Positions 20,001 through 33,965 of a DNA stretch of 64,000 nt are shown here, piece after piece. How positions within the stretch are numbered: the first letter of the stretch is position 1; each line of letters opens with the position of its first letter. Under the pieces are notes generated by a model that saw only the letters and a list, made by a program, of their open reading frames with translations, was not told the DNA's origin and did no database searches. Where the stretch lies: positions 2,356,001 to 2,420,000 of the forward strand of contig CDROCS010000506.1 of the NCBI GenBank assembly GCA_977020255.1, read 5' to 3'. A program made the position numbers and the translations under genes. The stretch is from Obrimoposthia wandeli (taxonomy: Eukaryota).

Positions 20001-21099
20001 AGCTGCAGGCAAAACGGAAGAGCAACTTAATGCTGTTTCTCGCTCGCAATGGTTAGAGATTGTTCTTTCTGATGAAGAACAACAGATTCAATTAGAAGGC
20101 TTAGCTAAGCAACATGATGAGCTACGTGCTGATTTTGATTCTAAGTTTGATATCAAACGCCGTAAAATCACTCAAGGTGATGACCTAGCACCAGGTGTAC
20201 TTAAGATTGTTAAAGTATATCTAGCTGTTAAACGTCGTATCCAACCGGGTGATAAAATGGCCGGTCGTCATGGTAACAAAGGTGTGATCTCAACAATCGT
20301 TCCTATTGAAGACATGCCGCACGATAAGTTTGGTGAGCCAGTTGATATCGTACTGAACCCGCTGGGTGTACCATCGCGTATGAACATCGGTCAGGTACTT
20401 GAAGTTCACTTGGGCCTTGCTGCTCGTGGTATCGGTAGTAAAATCGATAACATGATTAAAGAGCAACAAGATCTTGCTAAGATCCGTGAGTTCATTCAAA
20501 AAGCTTACGACATCGGTGATACGCATCAGAAAGTTGATTTATCAACATACTCTGACGAGCAGGTTCGTGTTCTTGCGCACAACTTACGTAAAGGTCTGCC
20601 AATGGCAACTCCTGCGTTTGATGGTGCAGCAGAAGCTGAAATCAAAGAAATGCTTAGATTGGCTGATTTACCAGAATCGGGTCAATTAGAGTTATTCGAT
20701 GGTCGTACTGGTGATACATTCGAACGTCCTGTAACTGTTGGTTACATGTACATGCTGAAACTGAATCACTTGGTTGATGACAAGATGCATGCGCGTTCTA
20801 CCGGTTCTTACAGCCTTGTTACTCAGCAGCCGCTGGGTGGTAAAGCTCAGTTCGGTGGTCAGCGTTTCGGTGAGATGGAAGTATGGGCTCTGGAAGCATA
20901 CGGTGCAGCATATACTCTACAAGAGATGCTAACTGTTAAGTCTGATGACGTGAACGGTCGTACTAAGATGTATAAAAACATCGTAGACGGCGATCATCGT
21001 ATGGACCCAGGTATGCCTGAATCATTCAACGTATTGTTGAAAGAGATTCGCTCATTGGGTATCAACATCGAACTAGATGAAAACAAAAACAAGAAATAA
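17062..21099 (+). CDS. rpoB: RNA polymerase beta subunit
   Basis: 1345 aa with [21 protein letters not shown] and a wild-type-looking rifampicin region ([26 protein letters not shown]). Confidence 0.99.
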   Translation: MVYSNTEKKRIRKDFGKSAPVVAKPQMLAIQTSSFKKFLEMDHTGEYGLEAAFRSVFPIKSYSGTSELQYVSYRLGEPVFDVKECQIRGVTYSAPLRVKLRLVLYDRDAPAGTIKDIKEQEVYMGEIPLMTDTGTFVINGTERVIVSQLHRSPGVFFDHDKGKTHSSGKVLYNARVIPYRGSWLDFEFDPKDSLFVRIDRRRKLPSSIILRALEFTTEEILAIFFDTTRFEVKDGKLMMELLPDRLRGETAVFDIVANGETYVENGRRITARHIKKFEKDGVNEIEVPLEYIAGKVASKDYINEDTGEVIVAANAELTLESVAELSQAGIKVIDVLYTNDLDVGSYMSDTLRVDSTTNKLEALVEIYRMMRPGEPPTREAAEGLFNNLFFAEERYDLSTVGRMKFNRRIGREEDTGSGILNKADIVEVMKTLINIRNGKGEVDDIDHLGNRRIRSVGEMAENQFRVGLVRVERAVRERLSLGDLDAVMPQDLINAKPISAAIKEFFGSSQLSQFMDQNNPLSEVTHKRRISALGPGGLTRERAGFEVRDVHPTHYGRLCPIETPEGPNIGLINSLAVFARTNDYGFLETPFRKVINGQVTNDVQYLSAIEEGLYAVAQANATVDTNGVLQDEFIPCRHKGETTFMSADNIQYMDVSPQQIISVAASLIPFLEHDDANRALMGANMQRQAVPTLNADKPLVGTGIERAVAIDSGVTVVALRGGSIDYADASRIIVKVNEDELVPGEAGIDIYTLTKYTRSNQNTCINQRPTVLTGEAVVKGDVLADGPSTDLGELALGQNMRIAFMPWNGYNFEDSILVSERVVKEDRLTTIHIQELSSIARDTKLGSEEITADIPNVGESALSKLDESGIVYVGAEVKPGDILVGKVTPKGETQLTPEEKLLRAIFGEKASDVKDSSLRVPNSVYGTVIDVQVFTRDGVDKDKRAQDIEQMQLREAKKDLTEELSIFEESLFGRVKSLLLAAGKTEEQLNAVSRSQWLEIVLSDEEQQIQLEGLAKQHDELRADFDSKFDIKRRKITQGDDLAPGVLKIVKVYLAVKRRIQPGDKMAGRHGNKGVISTIVPIEDMPHDKFGEPVDIVLNPLGVPSRMNIGQVLEVHLGLAARGIGSKIDNMIKEQQDLAKIREFIQKAYDIGDTHQKVDLSTYSDEQVRVLAHNLRKGLPMATPAFDGAAEAEIKEMLRLADLPESGQLELFDGRTGDTFERPVTVGYMYMLKLNHLVDDKMHARSTGSYSLVTQQPLGGKAQFGGQRFGEMEVWALEAYGAAYTLQEMLTVKSDDVNGRTKMYKNIVDGDHRMDPGMPESFNVLLKEIRSLGINIELDENKNKK

Positions 21100-21196
21100 C
21101 TCTAATTTGAGTTAATTCTGATTTTTGATTAGCACTGCGCCTCGACTCACTCTGTGAGTTGAGGCTGCTTAGTTTTCACTCCCAGTGGAGAAAAAC

Positions 21197-22000
21197 GTGA
21201 AAGACTTATTAAAGTTTCTAAAACAGCAAGGTAAATCGGAAGAATTCGATGGTATCAAGATTGGTCTAGCTTCTCCGGAACAGATCCGTTCTTGGTCTTT
21301 TGGTGAAGTTAAAAAGCCAGAAACCATTAACTACCGTACCTTCAAACCAGAACGTGACGGTTTATTCTGTGCGCGTATTTTCGGCCCAGTAAAAGATTAC
21401 GAATGTCTTTGCGGAAAATATAAGCGTCTGAAGCACCGTGGTGTTATCTGTGAAAAATGTGGCGTAGAAGTAACGCAAACTAAAGTTCGTCGTGACCGTA
21501 TGGGCCACATCGAATTAGCGTCTCCTGTTGCACACATTTGGTTCTTGAAATCATTACCATCTCGCATCGGTCTATTATTAGACATGACGCTACGTGATAT
21601 CGAACGTATTCTTTACTTCGAATCATATGTTGTTATCGAACCTGGTATGACTTCGCTAGAGCGTGGCATGATGCTGACTGAAGAGCAGTATCTTGACAAC
21701 CTAGAAGAATGGGGTGATGAATTTGACGCGAAGATGGGTGCAGAAGCTGTACTTTCTTTGTTACAAGATCTTAACCTAAACCAAGACATCGAAGAAATGC
21801 GTGAAGAATTAGAGACTACAAACTCTGAAACTAAACGTAAGAAGATCACTAAACGTCTTAAATTAATGGAAGCATTCGCTATATCTGGTAACAAACCAGA
21901 GTGGATGATCATGAACGTTCTACCGGTATTACCGCCAGATCTTCGTCCATTAGTACCACTAGATGGTGGCCGTTTTGCGACTTCAGATCTAAATGACCTT

Positions 22001-22032
<32 letters not shown>

Positions 22033-25000
22033 AAAACGTCTATTAGACTTAGCTGCACCAGATATTATCGTACGTAACGAAAAACGTATGTTACAAGAAT
22101 CTGTTGATGCGCTATTAGATAATGGTCGTCGTGGTCGTGCGATTACTGGTTCTAACAAACGTCCTCTTAAATCTCTTGCTGATATGATCAAGGGTAAACA
22201 AGGTCGTTTCCGTCAGAATCTACTTGGTAAACGTGTGGATTACTCTGGTCGTTCTGTAATTACAGTTGGACCAACGTTACGCTTACACCAATGTGGTCTA
22301 CCTAAGAAAATGGCACTTGAGCTATTCAAGCCATTCATCTACGGTAAATTAGAATCACGTGGTTTTGCTACAACGATTAAAGCAGCTAAGAAAATGGTTG
22401 AACGTGAAGGCGCTGAAGTTTGGGATATCCTAGACGGCGTGATTCGTGAACATCCAGTAATGCTTAACCGTGCACCAACTCTGCATAGACTTGGTATTCA
22501 AGCATTCGAACCTGTTCTAATTGAAGGTAAAGCAATTCAGCTACACCCTCTAGTATGTTCTGCATACAACGCCGATTTCGATGGCGATCAGATGGCTGTA
22601 CACGTACCGTTAACAATTGAAGCTCAATTGGAAGCGCGTACACTGATGATGTCTACGAATAACATCCTTTCACCTGCAAATGGTGAACCGGTTATCGTAC
22701 CTTCTCAAGATGTTGTATTAGGTCTTTACTACATGACTCGTTCTGGCATTGCTGCCAAGGGTGAAGGCATGGTATTAGGCAGCCCTGAAGAAGCTGAAAA
22801 GCTATATCGCAGTGGCCATGCTGAACTACATGCACGTGTTAAAGTTCGTATTACAGAACATCTTAAAGATGAAGAAACTGGTGAAGTTACAGTTCGCACT
22901 GAACTGAAGAACACAACAGTAGGTCGTGCGATTCTTTATTTAGTAGCCCCTACAGGTCTGCCATATGAACTAATCGATCCGTCTAAAACTTTATCTGCTG
23001 AAGAAGAAGCTAAACTTGCAGAGAATCCAGCTAACTGGATCCTGAAAGTATCTAACGAAGCGTTAGGTAAAAAGCAAATTTCTAAGCTACTAAATGACTG
23101 TTACCGTCTATTAGGTCTGAAAGATACTGTTGTATTCGCCGATCAACTAATGTACACCGGTTTCCATTACGCTGCCCTTTCTGGTGCATCTGTTGGTATC
23201 GATGACATGGTTATTCCTGCAGCGAAGAAAACCTTAATCGCAGAAGCTGAAGTTGAAGTAACTCAAATCCAAGAGCAATTCCAATCTGGTCTTGTTACTG
23301 CGGGTGAGCGTTACAATAAAGTTATTGATATTTGGGCTCGTGCGAATGAGCTAATCTCAAAAGCGATGATGGATAACTTGTCTTCAGAAACTAAACTTAA
23401 CTCGTTAGGTGATTCTGAGACACAGAAATCATTCAACAGCATCTTTATGATGGCCGATTCTGGTGCACGTGGTAGTGCGGCACAGATTCGTCAGCTAGCT
23501 GGTATGCGTGGTCTGATGGCGAAACCAGATGGTTCGATCATTGAAACACCTATTACGGCTAACTTCCGTGAAGGTCTAAACGTACTTCAGTACTTCATCT
23601 CAACGCATGGTGCACGTAAAGGTCTAGCCGATACAGCACTTAAAACAGCAAACTCGGGTTACCTAACTCGTCGTCTTGTTGACGTTGCACAAGATCTTGT
23701 AATTAACGAGATTGATTGTGGTACTGAAAATGGTCTAATCATCACACCTCATATTGAAGGTGGCGATGTTGTTGAACCGTTACGTGATCGTGTTCTAGGT
23801 CGTGTTGTTGCTGAAGATGTACTAAACCCAGTAACGGGTGAAGTAATTCTTCCACGTAACACGCTACTAGACGAAAAACTTTGTGACTTCTTAGAAGAAC
23901 ACTCAGTGGATCAAATGAAAGTTCGCTCTGTAATTACTTGTGACAATGACTTCGGTGTTTGTGCAGCTTGTTATGGTCGTGATTTAGCACGTGGCGTTAT
24001 GGTTGGCCAAGGCGAGGCAGTTGGTGTTGTTGCAGCACAATCAATTGGTGAACCTGGTACACAGTTAACGATGCGTACATTCCACATTGGTGGTGCGGCA
24101 TCGAGAGCATCTGCAGAAAATAATATCCAAGTGAAAAACACGGGTACTATTAAGTTCCACAACGAGAAATTCGTTGAGAACGCAGACGGCAAACTGGTTA
24201 TTACTTCACGTTCATCAGAAATCACGATTATTGATGAAAACGGTCGTACTAAAGAAAGTCATAAACTGCCTTATGGTGCGATTGTTGAGTTCAAAGACAA
24301 CGCTGCTATTGAAGCTGGTAGCATCATCGCTAACTGGGACCCGCATACTCACCCAATCATCACTGAGGTGGCTGGACAAATTAAGTTTGTTGACTTAATT
24401 GAAGGTATTACGGTTACTAGACAAACTGATGATCTAACAGGTCTATCTAGCACAGTAATTCTTGATCCTGCTACACGTGTTGCAGCTGGTAAAGATATGC
24501 GTCCTATGGTTAAACTTGTAGATGCAGCTGGTAATGATTTATTCATTCCTGGTACAGAAGTTGTTGCACAATACTTCTTACCATCGAATGCAATCGTTAA
24601 CCTAGAAGATGGCGCATTAGTAACTGTTGGTGAAGCGTTAGCGCGTATTCCTCAAGAAAGCTCGAAAACACGTGATATTACGGGTGGTCTACCACGCGTA
24701 GCGGATCTGTTTGAAGCGCGTCAGCCAAAAGATGCTGCTATCTTAGCGGAAATCTCAGGTACTATTAGTTTCGGTAAAGAAACTAAAGGTAAACGTCGTC
24801 TAGTTATCACACCTACTGATGGTGCTGAAGCTTACGAAGAGATGATCCCTAAATGGCGTCACTTGAACGTGTTTGAAGGTGAGAAAGTTCTTAAAGGTGA
24901 AGTTATCGCCGATGGTCCTGAATCAGCACACGATATCTTACGTCTACGTGGTATTAGCCATGTTGCGAACTATATCGCAAACGAAGTTCAAGAAGTATAC

Positions 25001-25480
25001 CGTCTGCAAGGCGTTAAGATTAACGATAAACACATTGAAACTATCGTTCGTCAAATGCTACGTAAAGCTAACGTTGTATCTTCTGGTGACAGTCACTTCT
25101 TACAAGGTGAACAAGCTGAAGTTTCACGTCTGAAAATTGCTAACCGTCAGTTAATCGCTGAAGGCAAGCAACCAGCCGTGTTCCAGCATATCCTTATGGG
25201 TATTACTAAAGCTTCTCTTGCAACTGAGTCATTTATCTCAGCTGCATCTTTCCAAGAAACAACACGTGTTCTAACGGACGCTGCTGTACATGGTAAGATT
25301 GATGACCTTCGTGGTCTGAAAGAGAACGTTATTGTTGGTCGTCTGATCCCTGCAGGTACTGGTTTCTCTTACCACCAAGAACGCGCGAAAATGCGTGCTG
25401 GTAAGGTAAAAGAAGCTATGCCAGAGATCACTACTGATGAAGCTGAACAGAACCTAGCTAACCTATTAAATAACCTTTAA
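21197..25480 (+). CDS. rpoC: RNA polymerase beta' subunit
   Basis: NADFDGD catalytic motif and Zn-ribbon cysteines. GTG start at 21197 with a GGAG RBS. Confidence 0.99.
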
Positions 25481-25560
25481 TTGATTTGCTGAATGCAATT
25501 AAAGTTGTTGGCAAGTGATGACAGACCCACTGATTCACTTGCTGGCTATTATTAAATAGT

Positions 25561-25591
25561 GAAGGCACCCTTTATAGGGTGCCTTTTTTTT
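25561..25591 (+). terminator. Intrinsic terminator of the rpoBC operon
   Basis: AAGGCACCCT-tat-AGGGTGCCTT followed by a T-run. Confidence 0.92.
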
Positions 25592-25628
25592 GCTTGTTTT
25601 TTAACGCCATAGCAGTCTATACTCTTGC

Positions 25629-25717
25629 CTCTTGTCGGAGTGCTTTAGGGCTGAGACCATTTAAATATGGGATCCGTGGAACCTGATCAGGGTAATACCT
25701 GCGTAAGGAAACAAGAG
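25629..25717 (+). ncRNA. TPP riboswitch
   Basis: GGAGTGC...GCTGAGA...GATCC...ACCTGATCAGGGTAATACCTGCGTAAGGA with P1 CTCTTGT/ACAAGAG, upstream of thiC. Confidence 0.95.
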
Positions 25718-25784
25718 TGATTAATACAATAATGTGAGTGTAATACTAGGTTTGCCCGAGGGAATGTAAGGCGGCTTTGTATAA

Positions 25785-27923
<2,139 letters not shown>

Positions 27924-27930
27924 TAATTTA

Positions 27931-29445
27931 ATGACTCAAGCCATTATTTGGACTATCGCGAGCGTTACTGCTCGTGATAATGCGACGAATCAAGCCGATA
28001 TTAAAACGATTAATGCATTAGACGGGCGTGGTTATCATGTTTCTACAACATGCTTATCTGATGAAGAATTTTCTGCGGAGTTAGCCCTGCTGAATATAGC
28101 TGCGGTGTCATCAATTAGGCCATCTGCTATTAAAATTGGCGTACTAGATACGGCATCACATATTGATATTTTAGTCCGTTTTTTGCAAGATTATAAGCAG
28201 TGCTATCCAGCATTAAGCGTTATCTACGAGCCGTTAACCATCACGTTAACAGAGATGGTTAAGGCTAACAATAAATTAACTACGGCTATTCAAACAGGCT
28301 TATTACCACTCGTTGATGTATTGGTATTAACCCAAGATGAAGCGGGCGTTGATGCGGCAGATTTATTTAGTACGACTAAAAAGGCGATCAATTCACTGCT
28401 GAAGTCAGGTGTAAAAGGTGTTTGTGCGAAAGCTATCTATGTAAATACTATTTTTACAAACGATACAGTCGTTAACAATAACAAACACGATGCGCAGCAG
28501 TCAGTCATGTTAGATGTGTATATCGATGCTCAGCGTGAAATCTTATTATCGTCACCGGTCTCGAGACTTGATTTATTAAGCCGCGGTGAACATTGCGGTG
28601 TTTTTTCTGCAGCCTTAGCAACTGTCATTGGTCAAGATTATCCGGTTGATGATGCACTTGTGGTCGCCAGAGCATATTTAAATCAAGCCGCGGAGATTTG
28701 GCCAACGGACCGAGAATATTTTCCTCAAGTAGTGTTACCTAATACAGTATTAGGCGATCAGCTTGGCTTAGCACAACAAATGCAGTTAGCGTATGATTTT
28801 GCACCTTGCGATACTAATCGCCTTGGATTATATCCAGTCGTCGATACAGTTGCATGGCTAGAGAAGGTATTACAGCAGGGAGTTAAAACCCTGCAATTAC
28901 GTATCAAGGATAAGACACCTGCGGAAGTCGTTGAAGATGTGAAAGCCGCAGTGGCTTTAGGTCGTCAATATCAAGCCCGTCTATTCATCAATGATTATTG
29001 GCAATTAGCTATTGAACACGGTGCTTACGGTGTTCATCTTGGCCAAGAAGATATGTTGATTGCCGATTTCGTCGCAATCAAACAGGCTGGCTTAAAGCTA
29101 GGCCTCAGTACCCATGGTTATTATGAAATATTACGTGCCCATCAAATAAAACCCAGTTATATCGCCCTTGGTCATATCTACCCGACGGTAACCAAAGATA
29201 TGCCATCAAAACCACAGGGATTACAGCGTTTACAGCGTTATGCAGATCTGATGCAAGACTATCCGTTAGTCGCTATCGGTGGCATTAGCATCGCGCGTGC
29301 ACCACAAGTGGCGGCGACGGGTGTGGGTAGCGTTGCTGTAGTGACGGCAATTACCCGTGCTGCAGATTATAAGCAAGCAATCGCTGATTTATTAGTGATT
29401 GTGGAGTCGACACCTGTATCTACTTTAGTTTGTGAGCGTGATTAA
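27931..29445 (+). CDS. thiE: ThiD-like (degenerate) domain fused to thiamine-phosphate synthase ThiE
   Basis: C-terminal ThiE ([29 protein letters not shown]). The N-terminal ribokinase-fold relic has WTIAS..QAD and AIKIG. Confidence 0.88.
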   Translation: MTQAIIWTIASVTARDNATNQADIKTINALDGRGYHVSTTCLSDEEFSAELALLNIAAVSSIRPSAIKIGVLDTASHIDILVRFLQDYKQCYPALSVIYEPLTITLTEMVKANNKLTTAIQTGLLPLVDVLVLTQDEAGVDAADLFSTTKKAINSLLKSGVKGVCAKAIYVNTIFTNDTVVNNNKHDAQQSVMLDVYIDAQREILLSSPVSRLDLLSRGEHCGVFSAALATVIGQDYPVDDALVVARAYLNQAAEIWPTDREYFPQVVLPNTVLGDQLGLAQQMQLAYDFAPCDTNRLGLYPVVDTVAWLEKVLQQGVKTLQLRIKDKTPAEVVEDVKAAVALGRQYQARLFINDYWQLAIEHGAYGVHLGQEDMLIADFVAIKQAGLKLGLSTHGYYEILRAHQIKPSYIALGHIYPTVTKDMPSKPQGLQRLQRYADLMQDYPLVAIGGISIARAPQVAATGVGSVAVVTAITRAADYKQAIADLLVIVESTPVSTLVCERD

Positions 29446-29446
29446 A

Positions 29447-30217
29447 ATGACTGTATTAAGTGATCGGGAATACATGCGTTATAGCGCGCACTTACTGCTT
29501 GAAGATGTGGGTGAGAAAGGGCAATTAGCACTGCGTAGTGCCAAGGTTGTTATCGTTGGTGTTGGCGGTCTTGGCGCACCTGTTGCCCTATATTTAGCTG
29601 CTGCAGGTGTTGGTCACTTAGTTTTAGTCGACGACGATCATGTTGAGTTAACGAATCTACAACGACAAATTGTTTTTACTCAGCAGCAATTAAAGCAAAG
29701 TAAAGTGAGTGCGGCTAAGGCATCTTTAGCACAGCTTAATCCACATATTCATGTTAGCGCTATCCCAGCGAGGCTGACACTTGATAACGCTAATAATCAG
29801 ATGGCAGAGATGCTGGAAGATGTTGATTTAGTTATTGATTGTACTGACAACATGCCGACGAGACAGGTGATAAATAAAATCTGTGTGATGCAGAAATTGC
29901 CGTTAATTGTCGGAGCCGGAATTCGCATGGAAGGTCAGTTGATCTCGTTTAACGCACAAGATGCTGATTCTGCGTGTTACCACTGCTTGTATCCTTTTGA
30001 TGATACAGCGGAGATGAATAATTGTGCTACGTCTGGTGTGCTTGGGCCGCTTGTTGGCGTAATTGGATCATTACAGGCACTGGAAGCGATAAAGCATTTA
30101 ACTGGTATGCCTGTGTCTTCACTTAATCGTTTGATGCGTTTTGATGGTAAGACTCTGCAGTGGCAGCATTTGTTAGTTGCGAAAGATCCCGGCTGTGTAG
30201 TGTGTGCTATTAACTGA
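29447..30217 (+). CDS. thiF: ThiS adenylyltransferase
   Basis: GVGGLG, NLQRQ, DCTDN and CxxC motifs; operon context. Confidence 0.92.
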   Translation: MTVLSDREYMRYSAHLLLEDVGEKGQLALRSAKVVIVGVGGLGAPVALYLAAAGVGHLVLVDDDHVELTNLQRQIVFTQQQLKQSKVSAAKASLAQLNPHIHVSAIPARLTLDNANNQMAEMLEDVDLVIDCTDNMPTRQVINKICVMQKLPLIVGAGIRMEGQLISFNAQDADSACYHCLYPFDDTAEMNNCATSGVLGPLVGVIGSLQALEAIKHLTGMPVSSLNRLMRFDGKTLQWQHLLVAKDPGCVVCAIN

Positions 30218-30323
30218 ATATAGAAGAACATATAAAAAATAATCAGCTAATTAAGCTATTAATTTAGCTGTTAATTAAATTATCTCATGCCGGATATCAC
30301 GATGTGAGAAATAGGAATAGAAG

Positions 30324-30521
30324 ATGAAATTAACCATCAATGATGAAATTAAAACTGTGGAAGTGACGACTATTTCGTCTCTATTGACTGTTCTTGAGCA
30401 GCCAGAGAAAGGTATCGCAGTGGCGGTAAATCAAGCCATTATTACGCGTCAAAAGTGGGACGATTTTCAGTTGTCAGAAAATGATCAAGTTACTTTATTC
30501 CAAGCTATTGCAGGAGGCTAA
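30324..30521 (+). CDS. thiS: Sulfur carrier protein ThiS
   Basis: 65 aa, AVAVN, C-terminal GG. Confidence 0.95.
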   Translation: MKLTINDEIKTVEVTTISSLLTVLEQPEKGIAVAVNQAIITRQKWDDFQLSENDQVTLFQAIAGG

Positions 30522-31331
30522 ATGTCAGTATTACCTTTAAATTCAGTATTATCATTACCAAGCGATGAACTTGTCATTGCAGATAAAATATTTTCATCTC
30601 GCTTATTCACTGGTACGGGTAAATTTAGCGATCAAAAAATAATGGCTGAAGCCTTAATCGCATCACAATCTCAGCTAGTAACTATGGCATTAAAGCGTAT
30701 TGATTTAGCCAATCAAGACGATGATATTTTGAAGCCGCTTATCGCTGCGGGCATGAATCTATTACCTAATACATCGGGCGCACGTAATGCAAAAGAAGCG
30801 GTGTATGCAGCGCATTTAGCTCGTGAAGCATTGCAGACTAATTGGATTAAATTAGAAATACACCCTGATCCTAAATATTTACTGCCAGATCCGATTGAAA
30901 CCTTAATTGCGACAGAGCAACTAGCACGTGATGGATTCCATGTGTTGCCATATATTCATGCTGATCCAGTATTATGTAAACGTTTAGAAGAAGTGGGTAC
31001 TGCTGCAGTGATGCCATTAGGTGCCCCCATTGGTTCAAATAAAGGTATTCGCACTGCTGAATTTTTGGAAATTATTATTGAGCAATCTAGAGTGCCAGTT
31101 ATTGTCGATGCTGGTATCGGCGCGCCATCTCATGCTGCGTTAGCAATGGAAATGGGCGCAGATGCGGTATTGGTTAATACTGCGATTGCAGTGGCGAAAG
31201 ATCCGGTCGCGATGAGCCAAGCGTTTGCCTTAGCGGTACAAGCAGGCCGCCAAGCTTATTTAGCTGGCTTAGGGGCTCAGGCTAGAACGGCTGTTGCATC
31301 AAGTCCGTTGACTGCATTTTTAGATCTATAA
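30522..31331 (+). CDS. thiG: Thiazole synthase
   Basis: [30 protein letters not shown] and DAG motifs. Confidence 0.97.
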   Translation: MSVLPLNSVLSLPSDELVIADKIFSSRLFTGTGKFSDQKIMAEALIASQSQLVTMALKRIDLANQDDDILKPLIAAGMNLLPNTSGARNAKEAVYAAHLAREALQTNWIKLEIHPDPKYLLPDPIETLIATEQLARDGFHVLPYIHADPVLCKRLEEVGTAAVMPLGAPIGSNKGIRTAEFLEIIIEQSRVPVIVDAGIGAPSHAALAMEMGADAVLVNTAIAVAKDPVAMSQAFALAVQAGRQAYLAGLGAQARTAVASSPLTAFLDL

Positions 31332-31354
31332 TCACGCCAATTTAAGGGTTAGAT

Positions 31355-32476
31355 ATGAGCTTTTATGAGCAATTACAGCAATTAGATTGGGATGATATCC
31401 GCTTATCTATTTATGCTAAAACAGCGGCTGATGTTGAACGTGCGTTAGCTAAATCGCGACTTGATTTAAATGATTTTCAAGCCTTGATTTCACCGGCGGC
31501 GGAACCATTTTTAGAGCAGATGGCGCAGCGTAGTGTCGAATTAACGCGCCAACGTTTTGGTAATACGGTTCAATTCTATGTACCGCTGTATCTCTCTAAT
31601 ATGTGCTCTAACATTTGCACTTATTGTGGTTTTTCGATGCATAACAAGATCCGTCGAACCACACTGGACATGAAACAGTTAAACAGTGAAGCGAAAGCGA
31701 TTAAGAAGATGGGGTTCGATCACTTGTTATTAGTGGCTGGTGAATCTGAGCGTAAGGTCGGAATGCCGTATTTTCGTCAGGTGTTTAATGAATTAAAATC
31801 ACAGTTCTCGCATCTATCGTTGGAAGTACAACCGTTAGAACAAGCTGACTATGAAGAATTAAAACAACTCGGTCTTGATTCGGTACTGGTCTATCAAGAA
31901 ACCTATAACCCCCGTACCTATGCAGAGCATCATATTAAGGGCAAGAAGTCTGATTTTAAATATCGGATAGATACACCCGATCGTTTAGGTAAAGCGGGTA
32001 TTCATAAAATGGGACTGGGTGCGTTAATTGGTTTGGATGAATGGCGCACTGATTGTTTTCATGTTGCCGCGCATTTAGATTACTTGCAGAAACGGTATTG
32101 GCAAACCAAGTATTCAATTTCTTTTCCACGTTTAAGACCGTGTGAAGGCGCATTTCAGCCTAAATCGATTATGAATGATCGCCAGCTAGTACAGCTTATT
32201 TGTGCCTATCGGTTATTTAATCCGGATGTTGAGTTATCTTTATCTACGCGAGAATCAGCACATTTTCGTGACAATGTTATTCCATTAGGTATCACCAGTA
32301 TTAGTGCTGGGTCGAAAACGCAACCGGGTGGTTATTCTGATGATACTGAAAAAGCGTTAGAACAGTTTGAAATTGATGATGACCGTTCACCTGCGGTAAT
32401 GGCTGATTTAGTTAAAACGATGGGATTAGAAGTTGTGTGGAAAGATTGGGACAGGGCGTTAACAATACCTAAATAA
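31355..32476 (+). CDS. thiH: 2-iminoacetate synthase (radical SAM)
   Basis: CxxxCxxC motif (CSNICTYC), YQETY and SFPRLRP. Confidence 0.96.
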   Translation: MSFYEQLQQLDWDDIRLSIYAKTAADVERALAKSRLDLNDFQALISPAAEPFLEQMAQRSVELTRQRFGNTVQFYVPLYLSNMCSNICTYCGFSMHNKIRRTTLDMKQLNSEAKAIKKMGFDHLLLVAGESERKVGMPYFRQVFNELKSQFSHLSLEVQPLEQADYEELKQLGLDSVLVYQETYNPRTYAEHHIKGKKSDFKYRIDTPDRLGKAGIHKMGLGALIGLDEWRTDCFHVAAHLDYLQKRYWQTKYSISFPRLRPCEGAFQPKSIMNDRQLVQLICAYRLFNPDVELSLSTRESAHFRDNVIPLGITSISAGSKTQPGGYSDDTEKALEQFEIDDDRSPAVMADLVKTMGLEVVWKDWDRALTIPK

Positions 32477-32528
32477 ATCTGACTAAAGCACCAGTACTAG
32501 GCAACAGTACTAGAGTAGCAATATAGGT

Positions 32529-32562
32529 TGTATTCATCGCTGCGGATAACGCGATGAATACA
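32529..32562. terminator. Hairpin between convergent thiH and the EamA gene
   Basis: TGTATTCATCGC...GCGATGAATACA, a 12-bp stem. Confidence 0.7.
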
Positions 32563-32586
32563 GCCTATTTTATTATAAAGTGATGC

Positions 32587-33507
32587 TTATTTTTCTACGT
32601 TTATCGCTGTTCTAGCGAAACGTTTAGTGATTAATTCAAGTGGTAATTTACACAGTAAAACACCAGCTGTTAACAAGACCATCATGATTAATGATTCGTG
32701 ACTAATCGTTCTGCCGTTAACCACACTGTCTAAGCCAAGTGCAATCACTGGGAATACCAAGAAACAGATAGATGCTTGGAACGGGCTTGCTACTTTATTT
32801 AATTGGAAGTAAGCCATGATGCCGCCAATACCAGCGATAGCACCAAGGTAAATAACCGATAACCAAGACGTTAATGTGAATGTCGCGAAGTCAGGCTGCT
32901 CTACAAATGCACCGATAACAAGTAACAGTACTGAAGCCACAAGACACGGAAGTGCGTTATACGTTAATACATGAATACCCTGACAACGTGTTTGCACACT
33001 GGTATAGATAGTTGCGTGCATGAATACCGCTAGTACCAATGCGCCAACACCGATAAGGCTGCCATTCGCGCTTACACCCATCTCATTACTGATAATTGTG
33101 ATTAAGCTAAATAGTGCAATAGCAAGACCTGCGATTTGGTGCACATGTACTTTTTGGCGATGTACTAATACTGCAAAGCCTAAAACGACAACCGGCATAG
33201 TGGCAAAAATAATAGACGCTAAACCTGAAGAAATATATTGTTCACCAAAAATCATGAGGGTAAAAGGCGCAGCAAAATAAAACACACTGATTAATGCAAA
33301 TTCAAGTTTCTTGCCTTTTGGGAACATCAGCGGGATTTTAAGCCAGCGCGCCGCTAAAATTAATAATGGTGCAGCCAGTGCAAAGCGTAAACCTGTTGCA
33401 GTGATCGGCGGAATAGAATGAACAGCAATTTCCATCGCCATCCAGGTTGTACCCCAGATCAAACATACAGAGGTAAATAATAATGTGGCGATGAGTTTTT
33501 TGTTCAT
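32587..33507 (-). CDS. DMT/EamA family transporter
   Basis: IWGTTW motif, two EamA repeats, about 10 TM helices. Confidence 0.88.
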   Translation of the reverse strand: MNKKLIATLLFTSVCLIWGTTWMAMEIAVHSIPPITATGLRFALAAPLLILAARWLKIPLMFPKGKKLEFALISVFYFAAPFTLMIFGEQYISSGLASIIFATMPVVVLGFAVLVHRQKVHVHQIAGLAIALFSLITIISNEMGVSANGSLIGVGALVLAVFMHATIYTSVQTRCQGIHVLTYNALPCLVASVLLLVIGAFVEQPDFATFTLTSWLSVIYLGAIAGIGGIMAYFQLNKVASPFQASICFLVFPVIALGLDSVVNGRTISHESLIMMVLLTAGVLLCKLPLELITKRFARTAINVEK

Positions 33508-33787
33508 AAGGCAATCTCTATATAAGTACTGGGATATTCAATACGATAATTCTATGCCTTTTGCTGGGGTATATGGTTTCCTATTTTTGCTTAAAAACCA
33601 CCTTATTAAACAATAAATACTCCTAATGTTAAAATTTGTGGAAATTTTTTGTTTAATACCTCTTTGTTTCTCTATTTTTGTTTTGTGATTTCTATTTTTG
33701 GGAAATAAAGTGTTCGTCGATGGGGTGATTGATTGTTGCTTTAAACATACCTGCATAATGGCGGGATTCAGCCCAATATGCTTTTTA

Positions 33788-33811
33788 AAATGGGTGGTTA
33801 GTCACCCATTT
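33788..33811. promoter_or_regulatory. Palindrome about 75-95 bp upstream of the sigma54 promoter (candidate DctD enhancer)
   Basis: AAATGGGTG-gttagt-CACCCATTT. Confidence 0.4.
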
Positions 33812-33882
33812 ATGCCGATTACCTTCATTTAATATTTCATTAAGCCTCTGTTATTAATGGTTTTTGTTTTGACTTTAAATTG

Positions 33883-33898
33883 TGGCGCAATGGTTGCT
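33883..33898 (+). promoter_or_regulatory. Sigma54 (-24/-12) promoter of dctPQM
   Basis: TGGCGC-AATGG-TTGCT with correct GG/GC spacing. A sigma54 activator (DctD) is encoded in the same locus. Confidence 0.8.
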
Positions 33899-33965
33899 AT
33901 ATGGTTATCACACTGTTAATTGAAATCATATCGATTAACAACGTTATAATTATATGGAGATTCTT

